Source of the DNA: Rhodosorus marinus CCMP1338
Lineage: Eukaryota > Plantae > Rhodophyta
Length of the DNA: 64,000 bases
Direction: 5' to 3'
Assembly (NCBI GenBank): GCA_029953675.1
Contig: JAMWBK010000003.1
Coordinates: 2,728,001 to 2,792,000 of the forward strand
Part shown: one piece after another, positions 12,546 through 24,078 of the stretch
Layout of the letters: each line of letters starts with the position of its first letter
Numbering within the stretch: position 1 is the first letter of the stretch
Translations under genes and position numbers: made by a program
The notes under the pieces: model-generated
The model's input: the letters and a program-made list of their open reading frames with translations, nothing else
Databases searched by the model: none
What the model was told of the DNA's origin: nothing

Positions 12546-14585
12546 TCATAGGCCAAGATCTTCAAGGTCCTCAGCGGCCTTTTTACCTTTCTTCACCTTG
12601 CGCACCAAGGCGGCATCTCTTGACAGATCGTCGATGTCATCCTGGTCGAACTGATGGGCACGGATATTCTTCCTCTTCTGTTTGTTCTTCAGCTTCTGTT
12701 TCATCTTTTTAACCTGCTCCTGCTCACGCTTACGCTGGTTAAATGTTGCTTCCCTCTCCTTCTTCTTCTCCAGTCGCTGATTCTCAAGGATCGGATCCGC
12801 GAAGGGAATTGCCCAGTAGTCAACCGACTTGTCTTCTTCAAAGTCAATCCTCGTTCGGAACTGTTTGAACTCTGACACCTTCGGCAGTCTTATCAACGAA
12901 AACGCCCTCGCCACCGGCCCAGCTTCCAGATTCTCAAATCTTAGGATCTGTGATGAATGGTGCTCCTTGTACGCCCTAATATAAGAAAGATAAGCCATCT
13001 CCGCGGACTCCAAAACCGCTCTGTCCTTCAGCATCAGCTTCCGCGCCCGCTCCGCGAGCTCCAACATCCGCTCCTTCACTTTCGACTGCTCGGCTTGGTC
13101 GCCAACGTCATCTAGACGCTGTACCTCACAGTTTCGAACTTTTAAAAACTCTACATAGTCCTCCTCAGAAGGATGAAGGTAAAGCAGTGAACGACCTTCC
13201 CGCCCTAGTCGAGCGGTCCTTCCCGCACGGTGGACGTAAGATTTCGGATTCTGTGGAGGATCAAACTGTACTATAAAGTCAACATCCGGTACGTCCAAGC
13301 CACGGGCAGCAACATCGGTGCCTACAAGATGAAATTCATAAGCGTGATCAGCAAAGCCGAGTTTCCATTCCACAGCTTGGGACAATGTGGAAGCGGGCAG
13401 GATAATCACAACAAGCGACGTTTAGGAGATCCGCGTGTAGAACGCAAGAAGAAAACGTACAGAGAAGTATTCCACTGGAGCTTGATCTGAACTCTTCCAT
13501 AATCCTGGTTCTCTTCTTCTGCCAGACCTTCCCACTGATTGCGAGGACGACTCGGCCTTGGAGCACCTCCGACAGCTCTAACCTTCGATAGTAGTCGACC
13601 ATGGCGCAGGTTAGGAAGTAGACGATAAACTTGTCGTCTGGTCTTGCCGCGATGACCCCCAGCAAATGTGCTAGTTTCTCCTCTTGGTTGGCGATGTGGT
13701 AAAGCCCAGTGAGCGACTCCGGGAGCGTGGAAGTAGAGCGCTTCTGCTCGTCGCTAATCACCTGCACCCTCACGCGGATAGGATCACGTAATCCGGCTTT
13801 CGTTATCTCGTCGACCTGGTGCGTTTGAGTTGCACTGTACAGTCCAGTCCTTCGTTGCTTCGGCAGTCGGTCAAAAATTGAGCTGAGCGTGAACTCAAAT
13901 CCGAGATCCAAAAGCTGATCTGCCTCATCCAGAATCAGGAGCTCCAGTGTCTGTGTGTGAAGTAGCTTTGCTTCAAGGACGGACTGTAGAATACCAGGAG
14001 TTGTAATTAAGACTTGAAAGCTCATTCCATCGGATTTGATGTCGTCCACCATCGCTTCGATTCCACCCTTCTTCTTCCTATGGTCTGCACCTCCGACGAG
14101 GAGGGCCGGCTTTTTCAATCTATTTTCACCTCCAATCGAGGCGAAGAGGTCGACAGCAACCTTGTGAACTTGCTGAGCTAGTTCTCTCGTTGGCTCAATT
14201 ACAATAGCGAAGACCTGCCGCTTTCTAAGCTCCTCAGTCTGTGGCACTGACAACAGCATCTGCACCATTGGAACGAGAAAGCTCAATGTCTTTCCAGATC
14301 CAGTTTGCGCTTCCTGCAAGGACACAAAGAAGAATTATAAAGACCTCGGTGAGTCAGAATTGGACCTGCCGGGCAACAAAAAGGCGCACAGGCTTGGTAA
14401 ACTTCCAACGCGAAGCAACTCGAAAGACTCCAGCTTACCACAACCACATCCTTGCGCTCTAAAATAGGTGCAATCGCCGCCGCTTGTACGGGGGTCATTG
14501 TCTTGAATCCATTTCCCTTCAAACCCTTCACGATGCGCTTGTCAATTTGGGGTCGAATCGATGACCACAGACCCGCTGTTGCCAT
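12546..14585 (-). CDS. DDX55: DEAD-box RNA helicase DDX55/Spb4 (60S biogenesis); 3 exons
   Basis: Q motif [52 protein letters not shown], and a Spb4-type C-terminal extension (SYIRAYKEH). Introns 14438-14314 and 13460-13322. Confidence 0.93.
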
Positions 14586-15574
14586 TTCGTCGCTTGCAAA
14601 TACTGAACCCAATAAGCCAGTTCGTATTCTTTAGAGCACAGAAAAGCACAGAAGCAGGACCTCTTTCTACCGGTCCATATCTATATGTCCCTCACATATA
14701 CACGCATAGACACACTACCAGCAGCATCAGTAGACGGTTTGTAGCCTGGCTTCTTCACATACGCCGTCCTTGTTCCTGCCATTCAGTACGTCAGGGAGAA
14801 GCGAGACGGGGCAGCTCTAAAAAAAAAACCTCGGAAAAAGGAAAGGAGGGATGGTTTCAAAAGCACAGATTCTTGCAGTGTATACGGAAAAGCTAGCAAC
14901 TAAGAAGAGCTGTGACGTCAACCTGCTTCAAACACGTCATGTTGGGTTGGCAACAGCCCCTGTGGACACGGCCTTGTTCCCCACTCCAGCGTTTGGTGGT
15001 ACTCGAAAGAAAACAGTCTTAAAGCTCAAATGTTTTGCAACTGATCTGGAGGTGAGAGTGCACTGAATCAATAGTAATCTGATTCTTAAGAGAAGGAACA
15101 GAGAGCAAACCAACCGTGTTGCTCACACTTCACTCTGCCAATTTGATTTCCCCAACCGGAAAACCGCACACGTCTCTAGGTCTTAACTACCTTTAATTAA
15201 GGATATTATTGTCCAGAATAAGACGCATATTCCTTTTTGCACTTTTTTAAAAGAAATTGGATCTAAATTATGATGAGTAGCATCTAGATATTGATCAATA
15301 ACTAGTGATTATAGGGTCCTTCTCTTTGTTGATTGGTTGATATTTCTTTTTTGATTGATATTGGCGTTACGGGACTTCGAAACTTTTGAAAATCAAGCCG
15401 CTGGGTGGAGAAGGGAGTTGGATAAGCTTCTGTGCTCTGGGTAGGAGGATGGTACTGGTAGAGATGCTCCGGACGATGAAGCCGTTCTTAGAAAAACCCT
15501 GAAGTATGAAGTGTAGAGGAACTAGTTGAAGAAAAGCGCTGGTTGTTTTGTGCCGGTATTCTTCATTTGTAGAG

Positions 15575-16411
15575 ATGAGTAAGCTCGTCGGACGTCGAAT
15601 CGGAGAGCCTCCTGAGCTGGTTGAGGCTCGAAAGGAATACTACCAAGCACAGGAAGCATTTCAACGTGCTGTTGAAGTGAGTCTGCCGGACCAACGGTTG
15701 CATCGCTCGCTGAGAATAGCGGAGGCTTTGGTTGAGCACGGTCCCGAGGTACTCGGTGTTAGCAACAAGGAAACATGTGAGCTGGGTTCTTCGGAGCTGA
15801 AAAAAGAGTATGGATCGGCGCAACTCATGAACGTGCAGGAGATGATGAAAAATCAGTCCTATAGCAGCTTCCAGGACACGGTGCAGTTCTGGGAGTTTCT
15901 TTCCGGGGATACGATTAGGAACGCAGAAGAATTTGAGAGATCTGTCAAAGCGGCAGTAGATCGAGCAGACGTACTGCAAAGCGAGCAGGAAGAAGTCAAA
16001 CGAATGGAATGGAACAGGCGCTGTGAGCTGACAAGCCTGCTCGTCGCTCAAGCGAACGAGCTTACCGAACTACTCAACGAATACGCTGTTGGGGTGCACC
16101 ATGAATCAACCAACGAGGAGATCAAATGGCTCCAGGAAATGGCAAGAACTGTTGCTGCGAAGCTACGGGCCCTGAAAGCGCAGGTGCTCGCCGATACCTA
16201 CAATCAGGACGCTGTGTCAGCCCTTCGAAAAGCGAGAGCCGAAGTGGAGGCCAGCTTGCGTGAAGCTCACAGCAAGCTCGAGGCCGCACAACTGAGGTCA
16301 AGGCAGTACGACAACCTCTCGAACACTGATTTCAAAGACATTGCTGAAGAATACGAGCAAGTCCTCGATCGAATCAAGCATCTGACGTGGTCAAAAACCA
16401 ATTTGCACTAA
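15575..16411 (+). CDS. HAUS4: Augmin/HAUS complex subunit 4 (a 5' exon may lie upstream)
   Basis: KWLQEMARTVAAKLRALKAQVLADTYNQDAVSAL...QYDNL...DFKDIAEEYEQV...W matches the HAUS4 C-terminal coiled-coil signature. Confidence 0.8.
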   Translation: MSKLVGRRIGEPPELVEARKEYYQAQEAFQRAVEVSLPDQRLHRSLRIAEALVEHGPEVLGVSNKETCELGSSELKKEYGSAQLMNVQEMMKNQSYSSFQDTVQFWEFLSGDTIRNAEEFERSVKAAVDRADVLQSEQEEVKRMEWNRRCELTSLLVAQANELTELLNEYAVGVHHESTNEEIKWLQEMARTVAAKLRALKAQVLADTYNQDAVSALRKARAEVEASLREAHSKLEAAQLRSRQYDNLSNTDFKDIAEEYEQVLDRIKHLTWSKTNLH

Positions 16412-16563
16412 CTAAACCAATTCTGAACATAAAGAAATGAGCTTGCTGAGATATCCAATTGGAATGAAGACAGCTGTTCCCGCAAAAGCTCCATGGCAAT
16501 CCGACACCGACTGTATCCTGAAAACAGACTCTTTCGCTTTTAAACCTCTCACCGTTCTCCAAA

Positions 16564-17712
16564 TCACAAGACAGCGTCAGTATCGTCTCGAATTCCAAGC
16601 TCAGAAATGAAACTTTTCCACCTATCTGAAGACTTTTCAAACACATACGTTACTGGCAATACGCATACGCCAGATCCACCAATTCGTCGAAGCTGCTCCA
16701 CAGCATTGTACATACGTTCTTTCGGAATAATAAGACCAACGGCATACATGCCCAGATCAGATCCACGCGGCGGGATCACGGTGGAAATGGTCGGCCCATC
16801 CATCCCACGTAGATCCGTTCCAGCTCCAAGACGTCGAGCTACATCACCTGGGGAAGATCCTCGCACGTTGGCGATTAGATTGCACTGGTCTGATCCAACG
16901 TTGTGTGCCTCTATTCTCTCCATGAGTTCTCGAGCCAAGATTCGAAGCCGTGTTCCTCGCTCGTCTTGTCTAGTCAGCGCACTGCGATTGCCTATTAGTT
17001 GCATCGTAGAGGTAAGCAGGGTTCCTCCTTCAATCTCCTTCAAGAGATTTTCTCGGAGCGTGACTCCAGAGGACACGAGGTCAACAATGCAATCCGCAGT
17101 CCCCATTTGTGTTGAAGCTTCCAGGGCTCCATCCATGTACACTATTTGGTAGTTCCTGATCCCCGATCTCGCAAAGAATTTCTTCGTTTGTGCGCTGTAT
17201 TTCGAAGCGACCCGCAGCGGACGCTCAGAGTTAGCTTTCAAATGCTTTGACAGGTCTTCCATCCCCGTAATATCGCCCCAATTCATCGGTACGCCCACGG
17301 CGAGCCGGCACTGGCCGTATCCAAGATCCTCGTGCACCGGCACGATCTCGTTGCTCTCCCCACCGTGCTCAACGACAAGATCGTAACCAGTAAATCCCAG
17401 CTCTACGGTTCCATCCCGAACTTTCCTCGCGATGTCCGGAGGTCTTTGCAACCAGACTTCCACATCTTCAAAACCCTTCAGAGCAGCGGTGTACTGCCGT
17501 GGGTTGGAGATCCTCAGCTCAGCCCCAATGTCACGGAGCAAATCCTTCGTATCATCAAGAATCCCTCCCTTGCTCGGCACAGCAATCCTTATCTTCTCCC
17601 GCGATATCGCATCCCCAAACCCATTCGGCCCTAGGCAAATTCTCACCCTCTCTCTCGACGCACTAAAGCGCACGTCAGTCACCACCTGCAAAAACCCCAA
17701 TCCCATTCCCAT
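16564..17712 (-). CDS. hisG: ATP phosphoribosyltransferase (long form, plastid-targeted; His biosynthesis)
   Basis: KIRIAVPSKG, RPPDI, GFTGYDL, GALEAS..MGTADCIVDLVSSGVTLRENLL, GMDGPTIS and a C-terminal regulatory domain. Confidence 0.96.
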   Translation of the reverse strand: MGMGLGFLQVVTDVRFSASRERVRICLGPNGFGDAISREKIRIAVPSKGGILDDTKDLLRDIGAELRISNPRQYTAALKGFEDVEVWLQRPPDIARKVRDGTVELGFTGYDLVVEHGGESNEIVPVHEDLGYGQCRLAVGVPMNWGDITGMEDLSKHLKANSERPLRVASKYSAQTKKFFARSGIRNYQIVYMDGALEASTQMGTADCIVDLVSSGVTLRENLLKEIEGGTLLTSTMQLIGNRSALTRQDERGTRLRILARELMERIEAHNVGSDQCNLIANVRGSSPGDVARRLGAGTDLRGMDGPTISTVIPPRGSDLGMYAVGLIIPKERMYNAVEQLRRIGGSGVCVLPVTYVFEKSSDRWKSFISELGIRDDTDAVL

Positions 17713-19178
17713 TCTTACTCAGGTTCCGCACGCCGACGTGCTCCACCCCCACCCCCAGGATCAGATCAATCACTCCCAGACACACCGTGCCAACCCCCCT
17801 CCCCCACCTCTGCCAACAAAATCTCTCTCAAGAAGTCGCCTTGACCCAGCTATCCCTAATCCAAAACCAATCCGCACAATCCCCTCCAACAGCCTGGTTC
17901 CGAAACTGAAAGTTCAGCGCTCGCTTCACTATCGGTGACTTCTCTTCACCACGCCCCATCAGCTCTTCATACCAAAGCTCCCTCACCAGACTTTACCAAC
18001 ACCAACACTTAAAGCCTTCCACCTCCACTCCGATCCCTACAACGGAGAGAGACAGCTATCCTGACAACAAACTTCTCGAAACAAGTCGAAGAGTTCTGGG
18101 TCTCCGGACAAAACCTCGCCCAATGTTACCTCTTACACAGAATAATCCTTTTCCTCTTCATCGTACTCCTTATGCAAATAATAACAATTTATCACGATCA
18201 CATCAATTTTCAGGGCTGAAATGTATTGTAAAATTATTTATTTTTCCGATACAGAATAACGGAGTATCCCGTCACCGGGCTCTGGTGTCCCGTAAAGTCT
18301 ATCAAAAAAACTGAATCGATCGAAAACACCGGAGATGGAGTTACCCACAGCAAAAATGAATAAAAACATGAGTCCAGAAAAAATTGGAAATTCTACCTTC
18401 TAGTTGTCATTTATTTTGTAAATAAATTAATGTATCTAGTCAATATGGTTGAGATTTCACCAATCAACATCCGATATTCACCTCCGTCAATAAGACCTTC
18501 GCATAAATTAATAAAATTGGATTCTCACAATCGAGATTCATGTTCACTTATCTTGATTGAGTCATTCTCTAATGCGAAATATTAACTCAATTCAGTCATT
18601 AAGAAGAAAATTAGCCATACATTGTTCAATATCCGTCACCAGTTTGCTGAAGTTTTCGAATTTCCATGACTGAAGAAAAAGTTTGATTGATGCTAGTATT
18701 TGTTTTTACTATTTGAATTTTCGCCAGAATGTTACTATATTGGGGGAGGGAAGGGGGGGTTGAGAAACCGGATACGCAAATGGGCTGGAGGATATCACAC
18801 GGAAATGGCATTTTTTTGGGTGATGGAACGACGCCGGCGGAAAAAACCTTGTTCGTTGGGTCGTTTTGAGGGGTTTCGATTTTGCTGGATCAGAGAAAGC
18901 AGTTTTCTGAACCTCTTGGCAGCGATTTGGAGTATATGAGGGTTTTGAGGTAAAAGTTACGGCTCGGGGGGAAGGGGGGCAGTTTGGAACGGGAGAGTTG
19001 GGTGGGAAAGTTTTCTCGTCGAAGTCTTGTGTTTGAGGAAGGTAAGTTTGTTGTCCTGAAATTTGCCCGGGCCTTTCTGTCTTGGTCGCTCCTACCTCTG
19101 ATTTTGCCGAGGTAGGAGAGGATTCTAGTTGTCGTGGGCTAAGTTTTTTTTTTGGTTGTTTTGTTTTTGGTGAATAGA

Positions 19179-19256
19179 ATGAGGGCGAAGTGGAAGAAGA
19201 AGAGGATGAGGCGGTTGAAGCGCAAGAGGAGGCAGATGAGGAAGAGGTCTACGTAA
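19179..19256 (+). CDS. RPL41: 60S ribosomal protein L41 (eL41), 25 aa
   Basis: Direct translation MRAKWKKKRMRRLKRKRRQMRKRST*; too short for the ORF track. Confidence 0.97.
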   Translation: MRAKWKKKRMRRLKRKRRQMRKRST

Positions 19257-20140
19257 TTGTAGGATGGGAAGCCTTGGAGTGTGAAGATTGACCAGTCGCT
19301 TGCACCCGGATTTCAATGAGGAGGACCTGTCTCTGGACGTTCGATCTTTTTATTTATTGGACGTCAGGCGTAGCATGTACGCTAGGAGGGGGACAACCTC
19401 ATGACTTGATTCTCAGGACATTTGATTGCGGGGCTTTCTTACTCTAAGTGACTGCCTATGGACGGCTAATCTCCGTCACCTGTCTCATCGATAATGTGAA
19501 TTCTCGGTACCTCGTCCGGATAAAATGAATTAGAAGCTTCTCTTGATACGTCAGCATGATTCTTAGAGACCCAATGCACTGTTTATCCCTATCCGACTAT
19601 CATGTCAGTGCACATGGACGAGGCACTTGCCAACCTCATCCGAAACATGACGACAGCATCCAAATCCACACCGCGGAGACGGACAGAAGGAGTCTGAGGG
19701 AGAACTCGTATTTGATGCGCGAAACTTCGATCTGTTTTTGTCCAGTGCTTGCTGGGTAAGGCCAGACCGCAGATGCTAAAATTCAAAGACAAGAAAACCC
19801 TAAATCAAATAGGCCAGTCTCAGAATATTTGGAGCAGAGGATGTATATTATTTCTTAAATTAAACAAATACGCCATTCTGGAAATTAAGATCATAATCTA
19901 GAGAGTTCAATACTAGTAAGTGGTTGCGAGGAAACGTTTTGCCATATCACCTCCAAGAGAGGCTTGAGGGGTAGGGGAGGGTTTGCTCGGTTTGCTTTGA
20001 GTAATTCCACGGAGGAGAAGTCGATTTAATGCGGGTTTTGTGAGCGATAGAGGTCTTGGGTGTGTTCGAAGTTACGATTCGAGGCTGGAAGGTGTTCGAA
20101 GTTATAGTTGTTGTTGTGTGTGTTCGCGGTGACTGGAAGG

Positions 20141-20605
20141 ATGCCTTATCTTGGACATCTCATCGGCTCGGATCATGGGTGCGTGGATTCTTAGCTAGCC
20201 TTGATCGTTCTGGTTCTTTCCACTTGTTTTAATTGTTCTCTCTGCTGACGTTTAATCGATTCGCATGCTTCAATCCTGGGCAGATTGTTTGTTCGTGCGC
20301 ACAAGATGGATAAGTTACGGCGTGAGCTTGTTCGGAGACATGAAGTGGAGAGACTTGTTCTCAAGAGTATCATTTCTAGCCAGTATCTCCCACAGGAGGT
20401 GAGGTCCGCGGCTGTTAGAAGGCTGGCGGACCAGCCTTCGAATTACAGCCCGGGTAAGCTTGTTTGGCATTGCATATATACCCGGAGAGCAATGGGCCAC
20501 GTTAAAGAGTTCAAAATGAGCAGGATCACCTTTCGGAGGATGGCAAGGCACAGCCTGCTGCCTGGACTGTGGCCGCAAATTCGAGGAAAGAGAGCAACTC
20601 CTTGA
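20141..20605 (+). CDS. RPS14: Mitochondrial-type ribosomal protein S14 (uS14m), nuclear-encoded; exons 20141-20178 and 20284-20605
   Basis: DKLRRELVRRHEVERLVLKSII...LP.EVR...HCIYTRRAMG...FKMSRITFRRMA...LLPG. The GT-AG intron joins a short leader exon in frame. Confidence 0.85.
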
Positions 20606-20952
20606 TTGTTGTTTTCTTGCGTGAACCAGATCTTGTTTTATTTTGCGTTATATCGGAAGTCCTCGCGTATGGCATGGCTACTATTCAGCCCTCAGTGCAG
20701 TTTAGAATGCTAGGTGGCTTGCCTTGGTGATGAATGCAATTGCGTTTAGCACTCCAAAGCGAGAAATTCCATCCTCGTTTTGGGCCAGGTTCGAGAAGTT
20801 GTAAAAAGTTATACTTCATTTATTGGATCGGTTCCTACAGCCAACGAAATTTCCGGGCCCTCAAAACCTTGCGAACGCAAAAGTCGAACTCCCAATGCAC
20901 CTCCGACGACCAATCTTTTAATGTGCGAGAATTCCGTTGTATTCGCTTTTCT

Positions 20953-21798
20953 CTAGTCTGAGTGGTCTACAAATTCCGTCACCCACTGCCCGTCTTTGAA
21001 TTTGGTTACCATCTGCTCCGGGATCGGGGTCTCAAACATATCGTCTGGATCATCCGGCTTTGGAGCGCACAGGTTCACTGCAGCACTCTTGGAAGTTATT
21101 ATCTGGGCATCTGCCAAGGCCTCTGCGCTCAAGTAGTAGGTCAAGGTGTTGCAATTGTCGACGGTCACCGCAGGGGAAGCGCCAGTTGATTGGATCTGTA
21201 TATCGTTGCTGTTAACAACCTCGCAGATAGACAGAGCACTCTCGAAAACGCAGTTAAACTTCTTGCAGCTATCGATTGCGATCGAATTGCACTTGCCCTT
21301 GATCTGGATGGTCGATTTGTTGCAACTATAGATATACACAGACTCCTTGATGCTGTTAACGTTCAAAATTATCTCATTATTGCCCTCAAAGAACTCTACC
21401 ACCCATTTCTTCTTCCCTTGCAGTTCCATTTTTGGAGCCTTTGCCGCCGGAGCTGGCTTCGTTGGTGCCGCAGCCGGTACTGCGGCCGGCGTCTGTGCTG
21501 GCTTCGGAACCGGTGCTGCTGCGTCCTCGTTCACCGGTCCACGAGTAGCCTTCTTCAGCCCAGATCTTACTCCTCCCTCCCCTAGATAATTTATCTCAGC
21601 AAACAGTGCGCCAGCTCCGGCACCCTCAGTCGCGCTCTGTTTCTGCAGCTCAGCAGTATTTGGTGGTGGCGGTGGAGGTGGTGGTGGCGGTGGTGGCGGT
21701 GCTGCCGCTGGAGGCGTGGGCGCAGCTGCAGCTGTATCAGCTGCTTTCCCATTCTCAACCGTCGCACCAGACTCAAACTTCTCAATCAACTTCTCCAT
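20953..21798 (-). CDS. CAP: Cyclase-associated protein, C-terminal half only (poly-Pro, WH2, CARP)
   Basis: Run of 12 Pro, WH2 GALFAEIN...GLKK, CARP KWVVEF...VYIYSC...IQIKGKCNSI.ID.C...E.PIPEQ. The helical folded domain is absent. Single exon with its own ATG. Confidence 0.92.
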   Translation of the reverse strand: MEKLIEKFESGATVENGKAADTAAAAPTPPAAAPPPPPPPPPPPPPNTAELQKQSATEGAGAGALFAEINYLGEGGVRSGLKKATRGPVNEDAAAPVPKPAQTPAAVPAAAPTKPAPAAKAPKMELQGKKKWVVEFFEGNNEIILNVNSIKESVYIYSCNKSTIQIKGKCNSIAIDSCKKFNCVFESALSICEVVNSNDIQIQSTGASPAVTVDNCNTLTYYLSAEALADAQIITSKSAAVNLCAPKPDDPDDMFETPIPEQMVTKFKDGQWVTEFVDHSD

Positions 21799-23616
21799 GG
21801 CAATACGACTACACAATCCGCACGCACACACACACACACACACACAGTCCCCGGACCCCCCTAGAAAAACCCACCTGCGCCTTACTAAACCTTAGGCTAG
21901 CAAGACCACGGAAGACAAAGAAAACAAAGCCCCGCACCTAAGAAAAAGCACAGAATTCCGTCGATCTGAGATTACCGCTCTTCCCACTTCCCAACGGATC
22001 AGACACTAATCCGCAGCCCCTTCCCGAAAAGACGTCTTTTCCACTGCTAAGTCATCCTTTGTCCAGAAAAGTCCCAAAACTCCTGGGTTTCTTGGCGCAT
22101 CCACAAATCACAAACTTTGGATAATAATAACGTGGACAGACTGTCTTACCTTTCCCGATAAGATTGGTTTGGGGGGGGAAGAGGGGGGTGGAGTGGAAGA
22201 GGAGAGAGGGTTAGACTCGAGTTTGATTGTGTATCAAAATTCGAATGTGTCATCCGTCACAATACGTGTCCCGGGGAAAGCTGTGGCCAATTTCTTTTTC
22301 TGAGGTTGGAAAAATATTTTGGATTAGAATATTGGACTGGAGTTGAAATTAAACCCCTTTTTTATTTTTTTAAATATGATTCTTATCTAATGATAACCTG
22401 GCACGCGTCCTTTTGATTCTTCTATTTAACGGTAGAATATTATCTAATCGATGTATGCCACGTGTCGTTGAATCCGGTTGGGTCCTTGAAGCGCTGTTTT
22501 CGGCGTATTTGGTGAGGGATGCGAGGGCAAGATGCAGGGGTTTGCGGACCTACGGCTTACGTCTCCGCGTGATGGCTTGATACACCACTCGGCTGAGCTT
22601 AGGAGTTACTAGCAGTTAGTAGCGCTCATTCGGAGTGGACGTCAGCTGGGTGTCCACCTCGGTTTGCGTCGGGCAGTCGAGGGAGTGGAGTGTGAGGTCA
22701 CGGGGATACGCCTGACTGCCACGGCAAAGAACAGCGCCGCGCTACCATGGCAGAGGTTCATAGGTGTTTCTTGTGGAAGTCGCTTGAACCAGTATCACAT
22801 TGATTCTGCCAATTTTGAGTGCTGCATCAGTTGGCAGCAGTTGACAGAAGCGCTACGCGCACCGCCAACACATCGGCTCAAGGGAGACAGCAGCAGCTGG
22901 ACCCGCATAAAACCGATGACCAAAAGAAGAAAATCGATACCCTGCACATGATGTTAACTGTTGCTGGAGGAATCATTTGATTGACGATTGGACTCGATGC
23001 TTGAAATGGTACGAAAAGATCTACACCGGGGCAGGACTGGGCAGCACGATCTCCTCAGCTACGAATACTTTCACATTTTTTGTTGATCATCACAATGAAA
23101 ATTCAGTTGCTTTGATGGGACCCCCGTTGAAGTATTTGTAGTTTTAGCTTGTTGATGGTAGCCTTGCACAACAAGATGTGGTGTGGAGGGCAAGCATTGA
23201 ATCAATCGTATATACCGATCACCGATCATGTCCTATGATTTACATGGTGGACCATATAGCTAGATCTTTATATTTATTTTTTCCCAGTCTTGTTTACAGC
23301 ATTAGACGGTCTGCGCCCTGCCTACCCAATAACCTTTCTAACAGGTTGTTCTTCGCCGACAGGAGGGCGATTCGACCAGGTGCTACAAGCACACGGTCGG
23401 AGACCTCATTGCTCAGCAGGATTGCAAATGGAAATAGATTGTCCTCCGTCGAATTCTTCTCTTCAGTGACTGCTAGAATCTAGTCCGCGGCCTCCAGGGG
23501 GTGCTCGAGGACTTCGGAGGTGGGAAAGAGGACGAACGGGGAACACGGATGGTTTGGCTTCTTGGAGTAGAAAAGGAGGAATTCAAGGTCGCAGTTTTGT
23601 GTGATCAACTTAAATA

Positions 23617-24078
23617 ATGGGTGATGAGGCCGAAGGTGGCGGAATTTCCGGCTTTGGAATCAGAGTCTCAAGTGCTCTGCTTTCAATGCTCACGAAGCCG
23701 GCAGCATCCGACGGCGATCGAGATGATAAAGAAGAGAACTCAGGAGCAGATGAGCGCTTGCCAGAGGAAGGAGCGATTGAAGCCGATGAAGAAGAAATCA
23801 TTGTACCTGTACACGGAGCTTCCCGGTCTAGCGATGAAATCGTGGAGATGGCTGAGAGCGCGAAAGTCACTGAGATGCTAGAGAGCTTTGACCGTTTGTT
23901 TGCTGAGCCACGACCTACTGCTAGGGACCCGGAATGCGCTTTGGCATATAAAAAGGCGAGGGAATGTAGCGCGAGGAATCCCGGCGACCCACTCTCATGC
24001 TCGAAGCTTTTGGCGGAGTTTTCTCAATGCTCCTCGAAAGGACAGTCAATCCCTGTTCCTCCTTCCCAAACTACCTAG
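23617..24078 (+). CDS. Twin CX9C (CHCH) protein, Mic19/DUF1690-like
   Basis: C-ALAYKKARE-C-X10-C-SKLLAEFSQ-C near the C-terminus; N-terminal G..FGIRVSSALLSML. Confidence 0.65.
   Translation: MGDEAEGGGISGFGIRVSSALLSMLTKPAASDGDRDDKEENSGADERLPEEGAIEADEEEIIVPVHGASRSSDEIVEMAESAKVTEMLESFDRLFAEPRPTARDPECALAYKKARECSARNPGDPLSCSKLLAEFSQCSSKGQSIPVPPSQTT

Noticed and set aside
13455-13475. ACAGAGAAG (U6-like) and other snRNA/tRNA-like words
   Set aside because: Lies at a DDX55 splice junction with no flanking U6 sequence; no tRNA or rRNA gene was found in the window.
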